Shown one piece after another: positions 20,908 to 28,930 of a stretch of 64,000 nt of DNA. The translations under genes and the position numbers were made by a program. The notes under the pieces were generated by a model, which was not told the origin of the DNA, ran no database searches, and worked only from the letters and a program-made list of their open reading frames with translations. The first letter of the stretch is position 1, and every line of letters starts with the position of its first letter. Source of the DNA: Comamonadaceae bacterium UBA4962 (GTDB lineage Bacteria > Pseudomonadota > Gammaproteobacteria > Burkholderiales > Burkholderiaceae_C); assembly GCA_002397315.1 (NCBI GenBank), contig DHAE01000015.1:22869-86868 (forward strand), given 5' to 3'.

Positions 20908-22278
20908 ATGACAAACACCAATGATTCGATAGCTGCCGGCACGCATTCAGCGAACGCCGGGAGCGCGGAAGACCACCGCTCCGCCCTGAAGTTCATCACC
21001 TGCGGCTCGGTCGACGACGGCAAGAGCACGCTGATCGGCCGCCTGCTGGTGGACAGCCGCGCGGTGCTGCAGGACCATCTCGCGGGCGTGACGCGCGGCG
21101 GCGAGACCGACCTGGCGCTGCTGACGGACGGCCTCTCCGCCGAGCGCGAGCAGGGCATCACGATCGACGTGGCCTACCGCTACTTCGCCACCGAAACCCG
21201 CAAATTCATCATCGGCGACGCGCCGGGCCACGAGCAGTACACGCGCAACATGGTGACGGCCGCCTCCAGCGCCGATGCGGCCGTGGTGCTCGTCGATGCC
21301 ACCAAGCTCGACTGGCGCGACCCGCAGCTCACCCTGCTGCCGCAGACGCGCCGCCATTCGCTGCTGGTGCACCTGCTGCGCGTGCATTCGCTGGTGTTCG
21401 CCGTGAACAAGCTCGACGCCGTGGAAGACCCGGCGCTCGCGCTGCGCCACATCCAGGGCGCGCTGGAAGGCTTCGCCCGCGCCGCCGGCATCGCGGTGCG
21501 CGCCACGGTGCCCGTCTCCGCGCTCAAGGGGTGGAACGTGGTGGATGCCAAGCCCGGCTGGTGCGGCTACGAGGGCCCCAGCCTGCTGCAGATCCTGGAG
21601 CAGTTGCCCCACACGCCCGCCGACACGGCCCTGGCGTTCGCGTTCCCGGTGCAGTGGGTGGAGAAATTCTCGTCGTCGGCCGACACCACGCAGGGCCGCC
21701 GCGTGTTCTGGGGCCGCGTCGCCGCCGGGCAGGTGGCGCCGGGCACGGCCGTGCAGATCTTCCCGAGCGGGCAGCTCGCCCGCGTGGCCCAGGTGCTGGA
21801 CCATGCGCGCAGGCCCAAGGGCGTGCCCGCGGGCATGAGCGCCGGCATCGTGCTCGACCGCGAGGTGGACGTCTCGCGCGGCGACTGGATCCTGGCCGCA
21901 CCGGCACCGGCCGCGTCCGCCGCGGCGGACGATTTCGACACGCCGGCCCCCGTGCCCGCCTGGCCCGCGCGCCGCGAACTGCGCGCCACCGTGGCCTGGA
22001 TGGACGACGAGCCGCTGGTGGCGGGGCGCGTCTACTGGGCGCTGCACGGCCACCGCTGGGTCAAGGCCAAGGTGCAGCGCGTGGTGCACCGCCTGAACAT
22101 CCACACCCTGGCGGAGGAAGAAGCAACGCAGCTCGAACCCAACGCCATCGGCCACGTCGACCTGCTGCTGCAGGAAGCCCTGCCCGCCGCGCCGTTCACG
22201 CAGGCCCGCGTGCTGGGCTCGCTGATCCTCGTGGACACCGCGAGCCACCGCACCGCCGCGGCCGTGCTCGTGAACTGA
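20908..22278 (+). CDS. cysN: Sulfate adenylyltransferase subunit 1 (GTPase; no APS-kinase domain)
   Basis: GTPase motifs GSVDDGKSTLIGRLL (G1), DAPGHEQY (G3) and NKLD (G4) are present. At about 456 aa it is too short to carry a CysC fusion. Confidence 0.92.
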   Translation: MTNTNDSIAAGTHSANAGSAEDHRSALKFITCGSVDDGKSTLIGRLLVDSRAVLQDHLAGVTRGGETDLALLTDGLSAEREQGITIDVAYRYFATETRKFIIGDAPGHEQYTRNMVTAASSADAAVVLVDATKLDWRDPQLTLLPQTRRHSLLVHLLRVHSLVFAVNKLDAVEDPALALRHIQGALEGFARAAGIAVRATVPVSALKGWNVVDAKPGWCGYEGPSLLQILEQLPHTPADTALAFAFPVQWVEKFSSSADTTQGRRVFWGRVAAGQVAPGTAVQIFPSGQLARVAQVLDHARRPKGVPAGMSAGIVLDREVDVSRGDWILAAPAPAASAAADDFDTPAPVPAWPARRELRATVAWMDDEPLVAGRVYWALHGHRWVKAKVQRVVHRLNIHTLAEEEATQLEPNAIGHVDLLLQEALPAAPFTQARVLGSLILVDTASHRTAAAVLVN

Positions 22279-22388
22279 TCCGGACCGGCCGCGCCGCCCC
22301 TTCCTGCGACAGCGCAAGGGGCGACAGGCGCCCGTGGCCCGATCCGCCCTAAAATTGCGGGTTACCCCCGATCCAAAGACTGCCTCTC

Positions 22389-22712
22389 ATGACTCACGTC
22401 GTCTCCGAAAACTGCATCAAGTGCAAGTACACCGATTGCGTGGACGTGTGCCCCGTGGACTGTTTCCGCGAAGGCCCGAACTTCCTCGTGATCGATCCCG
22501 ACGAGTGCATCGACTGCGCCGTGTGCATTCCCGAGTGCCCGGCCAACGCGATCTACGCCGAGGAAGACCTGCCCGCCGACCAACTGGCCTTCATCAAGCT
22601 CAACGCCGAGCTCGCCCCGCAGTGGAAGAGCATCACCAAGCGCAAGGCCTCGCTGCCCGACGCCGACGAGTGGAATGGCAAGCCCGGCAAGATCGCCGAC
22701 CTGATCCGCTGA
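22389..22712 (+). CDS. fdxA: 7Fe ferredoxin (Azotobacter FdxA type)
   Basis: 107 aa, [26 protein letters not shown]...[12 protein letters not shown]. This is the canonical [3Fe-4S][4Fe-4S] cysteine pattern. Confidence 0.95.
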   Translation: MTHVVSENCIKCKYTDCVDVCPVDCFREGPNFLVIDPDECIDCAVCIPECPANAIYAEEDLPADQLAFIKLNAELAPQWKSITKRKASLPDADEWNGKPGKIADLIR

Positions 22713-22743
22713 ACATGAAGACATCCCCCCGAGCGGCGGGGCG

Positions 22744-22765
22744 GCCCTTGCGCGGCGTCCGCACC
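22744..22765. repeat. Copy 2 of the 22-nt intergenic repeat core
   Basis: It is identical to 20826-20847. This copy is the shorter version of the element and lacks the internal hairpin present in copy 1. Confidence 0.7.
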
Positions 22766-22808
22766 TGGGCCGTGGCGGGTTCCAGCGCCGCAGTCCTCTG
22801 TTGAACAC

Positions 22809-23909
22809 GTGATGGAAAACGCTCGCGCCATCGAAGCCGATGCCGTGGTCATCGGCGCGGGGCCCGTGGGGCTCTTCCAGGTGTTCCAGCTCGGCCTGCA
22901 GGGCATCGCCGCGCACGTGATCGACGCCCTGCCGCATGTCGGCGGCCAGTGCGCCGAGCTCTACGCCGACAAACCCATCTACGACATTCCGGGGGTGCCC
23001 ATGTGCACCGGCCGCGAGCTGGTGACCTTGCTGACCCGGCAGATCGCGCCGTTCTCGCCGCAACTGCACCTCTCCCAGCGCGTCGAAACGCTGCAGCCCG
23101 CGCCGGACGGCGGCTTCCTGCTTACCACCGATGCCGGCACCACGCTGCATGCAGGCACCGTGTTCATCGCCGCTGGCGTGGGCGCCTTCGTGCCGCGCAC
23201 GCTCAAGATCGACGGCATCGAACGCTTCCACGGCACCCAGGTGTTCCACCACGACGCGCCGGCCGACACCGCCGGCCGCCATGTGGTGGTGCACGGCGGG
23301 GAAGACACGGCCGTGGCCCGCGCCATCGCCTGCGCCGGGCCCGGCCCGCAGGCCGCCGCGAGCGTGACGCTGCTCTACCGGCGCGATGCCTTCCAGGCGC
23401 CGCCGGACGCGCTCGCCCGGCTGCAGGCACTGCGTGCGGAAGGCCGCATCCGTGTGGTGGTGGGCCAGGCCACGGCCATCGAAACCGAAAGCGCGCCAGG
23501 GGGCGACGGACACGGTCCGGAGCGCCTGGCCGCCTTGCGCATTCTGGCCGCCGACGGCACCGAGCAGCGCCTGCCCACGGAAGTCCTGCTGCTGTGCCTC
23601 GGCGTCTCACCGCGGCTCGGCCCGATCGCGGATTGGGGGCTGGCGCTGGAGCGCAAGCAGGTGGTGGTGGACACGGCCGCGTACTCCGTGGGCGTGCCAG
23701 GCCTGTATGCCGTCGGAGACATCAACACCTACCCCGGCAAACGCAAGCTCATTCTCTGCGGCTTCCACGAGGCCACGCTCGCCGCCTTCGCGGCCGCAGA
23801 ATATCTGGCGGATGCGCCCGTCGCGCTGCAGTACACGACCACCAGCAGCCGCCTGCACGAGCGGCTGGGCGTCGCCGCCGCTCCGGCGCGCCCCCCGGCC
23901 AGCGCCTGA
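22809..23909 (+). CDS. Thioredoxin-reductase-like ferredoxin--NADP(+) reductase
   Basis: 366 aa with the FAD motif [12 protein letters not shown] and the [11 protein letters not shown] motif typical of TrxR-type FNRs. A second dinucleotide site ([10 protein letters not shown]) and a GD motif ([12 protein letters not shown]) are also present. The start is GTG 22809 or ATG 22812. Confidence 0.8.
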   Translation: MMENARAIEADAVVIGAGPVGLFQVFQLGLQGIAAHVIDALPHVGGQCAELYADKPIYDIPGVPMCTGRELVTLLTRQIAPFSPQLHLSQRVETLQPAPDGGFLLTTDAGTTLHAGTVFIAAGVGAFVPRTLKIDGIERFHGTQVFHHDAPADTAGRHVVVHGGEDTAVARAIACAGPGPQAAASVTLLYRRDAFQAPPDALARLQALRAEGRIRVVVGQATAIETESAPGGDGHGPERLAALRILAADGTEQRLPTEVLLLCLGVSPRLGPIADWGLALERKQVVVDTAAYSVGVPGLYAVGDINTYPGKRKLILCGFHEATLAAFAAAEYLADAPVALQYTTTSSRLHERLGVAAAPARPPASA

Positions 23910-23967
23910 CGACGGCGGACCACTGGCGGCTGCCGCCACCGGGCAGCAATCCGGGTCCCCACAAGGC

Positions 23968-24005
23968 GAAATCCCCCTGCAGTCCAAGACCTGCAAGGGG
24001 ATTTC
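23968..24005. terminator. 15-bp (one mismatch) hairpin between the convergent FNR gene and the YcaO cluster
   Basis: The hairpin is GAAATCCCCCTGCAG-tccaagac-CTGCAAGGGGATTTC. A second, weaker hairpin followed by TTTTTTCTTCTTCTT lies at about 24010-24055. Confidence 0.45.
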
Positions 24006-24114
24006 TGCCCCGCGCCATCCCCCTCCCAGGCGTGGCACGGTTTTTTCTTCTTCTTGTTATCGAGGCGATGGACTCGCTTCTCCTCCCCGGCCTCGTGGCC
24101 GTGTACTTGGTTGA

Positions 24115-24453
24115 TCAATCAGCGATGACGCGCAGTGCAGCCCCCACCCGGTGGGCGTGGTTGCACATCCTTCCCAGATCGCGCAGGAAGTCGCCCAGCG
24201 GAGTGAACGGCAGGCGGCGCATCACGCGGTCGCATTCGGTGCTCCAGCGCAGCAGCTCGGGGCCTTCCACCTGCATTTCGGCAGGTTCCCCGTGGTAGTG
24301 CCGCCAGAACGCGGACAGGTGGCCCTCTTCGGACGCCGCGCCCATGACATGCTGGTAATACGATTCCCACAGGGATTGCGGCTGCCACAATGCGCCCGCC
24401 GTGACGCGACGGCCGGCCCGGTCGGCTTCGGATGCGAGGGTGACGCACCTCAT
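24115..24453 (-). CDS. Hypothetical 112-aa protein, last gene of the YcaO cluster
   Basis: The ATG at 24453 (MRCVTLASEAD...) is preceded by the SD GGGAGG with a 6-nt spacer. I recognise no family. An in-frame GTG at 24483 is an alternative start. Confidence 0.45.
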   Translation of the reverse strand: MRCVTLASEADRAGRRVTAGALWQPQSLWESYYQHVMGAASEEGHLSAFWRHYHGEPAEMQVEGPELLRWSTECDRVMRRLPFTPLGDFLRDLGRMCNHAHRVGAALRVIAD

Positions 24454-24637
24454 GCCCGGCCTCCCGCCGCGTAGGAGCGGCACACCGCGCCCGTCCGCTC
24501 CCGGGCGATGCGGGCGCTTGCGGTGGCAGCGGCCTCCGGCAAGGTGGCGCCGACAGTTGCCGGGGTGGAAGATTGCTGCATGGCCGGGGCTCTATCGATG
24601 GGTTCAGGTGGCGTCCGCTGTCTGCGGCGATACCCGT

Positions 24638-24666
24638 AATCTAAAGAAGCCCCGTGCAAAGGCCAA
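24638..24666 (-). promoter_or_regulatory. Candidate sigma70-type promoter downstream of the FHA gene
   Basis: The minus strand reads TTGGCC - 17 nt - TAGATT, in the only AT-richer stretch of the 223-nt gap before the 112-aa gene. Confidence 0.25.
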
Positions 24667-24676
24667 TTACATCGAA

Positions 24677-25630
24677 TTACAACCCGGGCGCCTTCCAGTC
24701 GCCTTCCGGGCGGCCGCACTTGCGGATGTGGAAGGAGTAATCGCCGAAACGCACCTCGCCCCGCCGGCGCTCCACCACCGCCAGCGCGGAGCCCAGCCCG
24801 TTCTGCACCTGCCGCCGGGCGCGGAACAGCTGGATGTTCAGGTAGGGCACGTCCACCCCCAGCATGCGGGCGAGCGTCTCGATGCCGAGCCAGCCCTGGC
24901 TCGACAGTGGCAGCCCCCGCTGCGCATCCTGCAGGCGCTGCCTCGCCAGCGTCACCAGGGTGTAATGGTGGATGCGCTCGCCCAGGGACAGCGTCTGCGC
25001 GCCGACGTGGACTTCCAGGCAGACGTGTTCCTCGTCCTGGCTGAGGTCGAAATCGAACACCGGGGCCGCGAGGGTCGGCGAGGTGGTCATGCGCGGCAGG
25101 TCCTGGGTGACGCCGAAGTCCTCGCAGAGCACGAACTCCCAGTGCCGGCCGCCCGCCTGCACCACATGGCCGTCGAGCAGCGGCACCACGTGGTCCATGC
25201 GGTCCCACCACCAGCGCCCCTCCGACTGGAACACGTTCGACTCGGCCGCAGACGGATCGGGCAGCAGGTTTTCCTGCATGTCGAGCACGCGGAGCACCTT
25301 GTCGCCCTCCAGCGGCCAGAGGCCCGTCTTCGGGCAGGAGGTGTCCACCATCTGCCAGACGGCGGTGGACGACGTGCCGAAGCGGATTTCCGCGCCCATG
25401 GCGAGCGGGTGCCAGTGCCCGGGCGGCAGGCGACGCCCGTCCATCAGGGTGCCGTTGCGGCTCTGGTCGCTGATCTCCCACTGAGTGCCGGACCAGCGCA
25501 CCAGCGCATGCAGTTTGGAGACGTCGGATTCCTGCAGTACGGTGCGGCACGAATCGGGATGCCGGCCGAAGGTATGCAGGGGGCGGAGCACGATGCTCCG
25601 GCCGCTCGGAAGGTTGTGCAAGATCGCCAT
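24677..25630 (-). CDS. FHA-domain protein with a C-terminal OmpR/PhoB-like winged-helix region
   Basis: The N-terminus has TFGRHPDSCRTVLQESDVSKLHALVRW...ISDQSRNGTLMDGRRL (FHA G-R, S-x-x-H, N-G-T). The C-terminus has LNIQLFRARRQVQ...AVVERRRGEVRFG, which resembles trans_reg_C. Confidence 0.8.
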   Translation of the reverse strand: MAILHNLPSGRSIVLRPLHTFGRHPDSCRTVLQESDVSKLHALVRWSGTQWEISDQSRNGTLMDGRRLPPGHWHPLAMGAEIRFGTSSTAVWQMVDTSCPKTGLWPLEGDKVLRVLDMQENLLPDPSAAESNVFQSEGRWWWDRMDHVVPLLDGHVVQAGGRHWEFVLCEDFGVTQDLPRMTTSPTLAAPVFDFDLSQDEEHVCLEVHVGAQTLSLGERIHHYTLVTLARQRLQDAQRGLPLSSQGWLGIETLARMLGVDVPYLNIQLFRARRQVQNGLGSALAVVERRRGEVRFGDYSFHIRKCGRPEGDWKAPGL

Positions 25631-25654
25631 CGTGCTCGTCGGAACGCTTTCAAA

Positions 25655-27880
25655 TCAGACGTGCAGGGGCCATGGATTCAGGTGATCCTCGTGCCGCGGA
25701 ACATCGCGCCAGCCCATCTGGACAGGCACTCGGTAGAGCCGCGGGTTCGCAAGCTCCGGCCAGATGTGGCAGGCACCGGGCAACACGGTCCTGATGGTAT
25801 GCAGCGGAATGTCGGGACGCGTGTAGTCATGCACCACCACTTCCATGCCGCAACCCCGGGCGGCCGCCACGCAGTGCGCGATGTCCGCCCGTAGGCCGCC
25901 GCCCTCACGGGCGAGTGCAAGGTCGCGCATGCCGCGCCGGGCCGCTCCGTCATTGCGCGCATTGGGCCACAGAAACGCCGGGGATGCATCGCGCAGGCCA
26001 TTCCAGTGTGACGGCAACGTCTTGCCCACGGCCACGAGCTGCACCAGCTCCGTCAGGGCGCGCTCGCAGGCCATGGCCACGTCGAGGCTGCAGCCGAAGC
26101 CGAGCGCCCAGTCGCCACCGCGGTGCCGCCCAACGGCCGCCACCACGGGGATGCCCAGATCGTGGGTCAGGTCGAGCAGCCAGAACGTCCAGTCGGGCCC
26201 GAGCGTGCGCTGCACCAGCCGGACGTATCCGGCCGGCACGGCCTCTTCCGCAACCGCCGGCATCGGCAGTTCGTTGTACCACCAGATCGCCGTCGCATCC
26301 CGTTCGACCACTTCCAGCAGGCCTTGCAGGATCGCCTCTTCGGGGCAGTTGCCGGCGGCGCAGCCGTTGGAGTTCCAGGCGCCGTGGCGGGCCCATCGGT
26401 CCGGCGCACCCAGATAGCACTGGGCATGCGGAAGAAAGCACGGCGCTTCGCGCGTCAATGACCAGGCCGGCGTCCAGGCCAGCGGCTCCTCCAGGGCATG
26501 GGGCACGAAACGGCGCACGCGGTCGTCTTGCGGCCCCGTCCCGGCGGCAGCTCGCGCACGCTGTCGGTCGCTGATGAACACCAGCGCCTGCGGGCCGAAA
26601 GCCGGCGCGGGCAGCTCGTCGCGGAGGGCCACCGTGCAGGGCTCGTCGCCCTGCCAGCCCGCGGCGTAGCGCTCCACGGCCTCGCACAACGCACTGGCCT
26701 GCGCCTGTGCGGGCGTCATGCCCTTGCCCAGGCACCAGCGGGCCGCGGCCGGCATGCCGTCCGCTCCGTCCGCGGCATGGAAGGCGCTGCGGAAGACGGT
26801 GACGGTTCCGGCCTGCGGCAGGGGCAGCAGCGTGCACTCCGTGACCACGCCCGCCACGCCGTCGACGCACGGCAGCAGCGCCCGCACGGTGGCGTCGGGC
26901 GGAACGGTGCGCGACCCTCCGCGCGCGCCCGGCAGCGCCTGCACGGGGCCCGGGCGCACCGGGCGGCGCGCCTGGCGGGCCATCCACTCCGGGTCGCCGC
27001 AGTGGGCGCACTGCGGCCGCCGCGGCGCGGCGCTCCAGCGCAGCGCTCCGCCCTGCTCCGCAACGTCCCAGGCTGCGAACCGGCCGGGAACGGCGTCGGC
27101 CAGCAGTTGCCGTGCAGCGGCCTGCGCCCTCTCCTGCCACCCGGTCCACAGCGAAGCATCCCGGGCCAGCGGCACCAGCCCGTGCGAGCCGGGCACCTCC
27201 CGTGCCAGCCAGCTCCGGCCGGGGTGGTTGCGGCGCAGCCGGTGCATGAAGCAGTGCCAGCACGGGCCGGGCCCACCGGAGCGCAGCAGCGGGCCCACCA
27301 GGGCCTGCGCACCTGCCAGGCGTACCGGCAGCCACCAGCGTGCGCGGCCGGAGCGGCAGGCATCGTCCCAGGCAGCTTCGAGCCGCGGATCGAAATAATC
27401 GTCGCAGACCAGCACGTCCGCGCCGCCGGCCTCCGCGATCTCCGTCCAGCGGTCCGGGCCGATTCCCGCGCCTTCTTCGCCGGTCGCCTTCCAGGCAGCG
27501 AGCATTCCAGGCTGGCTGCACCACAGCGAGACGCTTCCGGCCGCGCCGTCGATGCGTACCGGCCCGGTCCGGACGTCCGGCAGGAACCAGCCGGGGTCTT
27601 CCGTACCCGCGGGGAGCACGCACCCCTGCCGTGCCAGCGATTCCAGCGCCAGCAGGAGGCCCGGCAGGTGGCGCGCATCGCCGCCCGCCGCGCACCAGGC
27701 AGCGGGCGAAAGCCCGCCCTCGACCAGCCCGCCGAGAACGGCGGCTTCCGCGAACGGCAGTTGCAGCGCCCCGGCTTCTTCCACGAGCACGACCCCGGGG
27801 GGCAGGGATGCCGCCTGCGGCGCGCGCAGCACGGAACGGAACCGGGGATGCCAGCGGGGTACGGTGTGGAACCAGTCCAT
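25655..27880 (-). CDS. Fused E1-like leader-binding domain / YcaO cyclodehydratase (TOMM C-D fusion type)
   Basis: 741 aa. The N-terminal half has the paired zinc motifs PCWHCFMHRLRRN and QCAHCGDP. The C-terminal half has the YcaO motifs CLGKGMTPAQAQASALCEAVERY and LLEVVERDATAIWWYN. The C-terminus is Pro-rich (-LNPWPLHV). Confidence 0.9.
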   Translation of the reverse strand: MDWFHTVPRWHPRFRSVLRAPQAASLPPGVVLVEEAGALQLPFAEAAVLGGLVEGGLSPAAWCAAGGDARHLPGLLLALESLARQGCVLPAGTEDPGWFLPDVRTGPVRIDGAAGSVSLWCSQPGMLAAWKATGEEGAGIGPDRWTEIAEAGGADVLVCDDYFDPRLEAAWDDACRSGRARWWLPVRLAGAQALVGPLLRSGGPGPCWHCFMHRLRRNHPGRSWLAREVPGSHGLVPLARDASLWTGWQERAQAAARQLLADAVPGRFAAWDVAEQGGALRWSAAPRRPQCAHCGDPEWMARQARRPVRPGPVQALPGARGGSRTVPPDATVRALLPCVDGVAGVVTECTLLPLPQAGTVTVFRSAFHAADGADGMPAAARWCLGKGMTPAQAQASALCEAVERYAAGWQGDEPCTVALRDELPAPAFGPQALVFISDRQRARAAAGTGPQDDRVRRFVPHALEEPLAWTPAWSLTREAPCFLPHAQCYLGAPDRWARHGAWNSNGCAAGNCPEEAILQGLLEVVERDATAIWWYNELPMPAVAEEAVPAGYVRLVQRTLGPDWTFWLLDLTHDLGIPVVAAVGRHRGGDWALGFGCSLDVAMACERALTELVQLVAVGKTLPSHWNGLRDASPAFLWPNARNDGAARRGMRDLALAREGGGLRADIAHCVAAARGCGMEVVVHDYTRPDIPLHTIRTVLPGACHIWPELANPRLYRVPVQMGWRDVPRHEDHLNPWPLHV

Positions 27881-27952
27881 GGGAATCAGGCGTATCGAAA
27901 AAGACCAGAGGCCGGGGCGGCACCGGTGAGGGTCCGCCGCGGTTTCAGCGGC

Positions 27953-28921
27953 TCAGGGCTGCTGCAGATCGAAGCAGGCCACGGCATAGGGTACGTGGCC
28001 GTGGCGTGCACGGAAGTCGCCTTCGAGGCGCTGATGCGCCTCCGAGAAGTGCCCGAACGGCTCCCATTGCCGAAACATGCGGAATCCCGAGTCCAGGGGC
28101 GCGAGTTCCTCGGCACGGCCGAAGCCGGTGGTCACGGGAAGGACCGCCGGCCCGGCCTGCAACGCGGCGATCGGCACGAAATCGCGGTGCAGGTAGTCGA
28201 TCACCACCCGGCAGCCGCAACCTTCCCGGCGCGCGCGTGCGGCCAGCGCACGCAGCATGTCGGGCACGGCGGCCGGCGGGACGTAGGGCGCGACCCCCTC
28301 GACGAGCACGAGGCACCGGTGGCCGGCCCGCCAGGGCACGGCGTCGAGCCACGCGGGATCCTGCAATCCGCAGGCCACCAGGAGGCTGGCCGGCTGGCTG
28401 GCATGCAGGGCTCCGGAGACATCGCCACTACCAGTGCCACTACCACTACCACTGGCGCAACCGCCGCCGTTCGCCGGTGCAGCCAGCGCGTGGTGCCACA
28501 GCAGCCGGCGCAGCGCGATCACGTCGGGCAGGTCCACGTCGATCCATGCCGGCCCGCCGCCATCGCCACCCTTGCACTCGGGCGCAAGGCGGCCCTGGCG
28601 GGTGCACAGCCCGACGCCGATGCTCGCCACGGCGAAGACGTCGTACCGCGCGCAGGCTTCGCGCGCCGCATCGTCGAAGAGGCGGCTGCGCAGCACCACC
28701 GCGCGCACCAGCGACGCGTCCTGGCCCGCTCGGCGCAGGTCCCAGGGGCATTGCGCCAGCAGGCGCTCGGCCCAGGGGTCGGCCCAGCCGGCATCGACCT
28801 GGCGCGCGAGCGGCGATGCGCGCGCGCCCAGGGTCAGGGCCAGGGTGGCAGAACTGCCGCGCAGCGCCTGCCACGCGGTCTCCAGCACTGCGGGCGCCGC
28901 GGGCTCCGGCTTGGGCACCAA
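27953..28921 (-). CDS. Class I SAM-dependent methyltransferase, leucine-carboxyl-methyltransferase (LCM/TcmP) type
   Basis: It has FAVASIGVGLCTR (LCM motif vv.LGaGlDtR) and WIDVDLPDVIALRR (E/D-x-D-x-P-x-V). The start is TTG 28921 or GTG 28918, 9-12 nt after the stop of the preceding gene. Confidence 0.75.
   Translation of the reverse strand: MVPKPEPAAPAVLETAWQALRGSSATLALTLGARASPLARQVDAGWADPWAERLLAQCPWDLRRAGQDASLVRAVVLRSRLFDDAAREACARYDVFAVASIGVGLCTRQGRLAPECKGGDGGGPAWIDVDLPDVIALRRLLWHHALAAPANGGGCASGSGSGTGSGDVSGALHASQPASLLVACGLQDPAWLDAVPWRAGHRCLVLVEGVAPYVPPAAVPDMLRALAARARREGCGCRVVIDYLHRDFVPIAALQAGPAVLPVTTGFGRAEELAPLDSGFRMFRQWEPFGHFSEAHQRLEGDFRARHGHVPYAVACFDLQQP
28424..28453 (-). repeat. Imperfect AGTGGT hexanucleotide tandem repeat encoding SGSGSGTGSG inside the methyltransferase
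   Basis: The minus strand reads AGT GGT AGT GGT AGT GGC ACT GGT AGT GGC. These T-ending codons stand out in a gene otherwise dominated by G/C-ending codons. Confidence 0.8.
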
Positions 28922-28930
28922 GGCTGCGCT

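Noticed and set aside
22295-22323. Hairpin CGCCCCTT-N13-AAGGGGCG after cysN as a terminator
   Set aside because: It has only an 8-bp stem with a large loop and no U-tract, which is too weak to call.
24450-25550. 366-aa minus-strand ORF overlapping the FHA gene
   Set aside because: It is out of frame with the FHA gene, which has clear domain motifs, and its translation is Arg/Ala/Gly/Pro noise. Only its last 43 codons, which lie in the intergenic gap, are kept as a low-interest observation.
28424-28453. Short tandem repeat considered as a CRISPR or VNTR locus
   Set aside because: It is only about five imperfect 6-nt units with no spacers, lying inside a coding frame where it encodes a Gly-Ser linker. 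It is not a CRISPR array.
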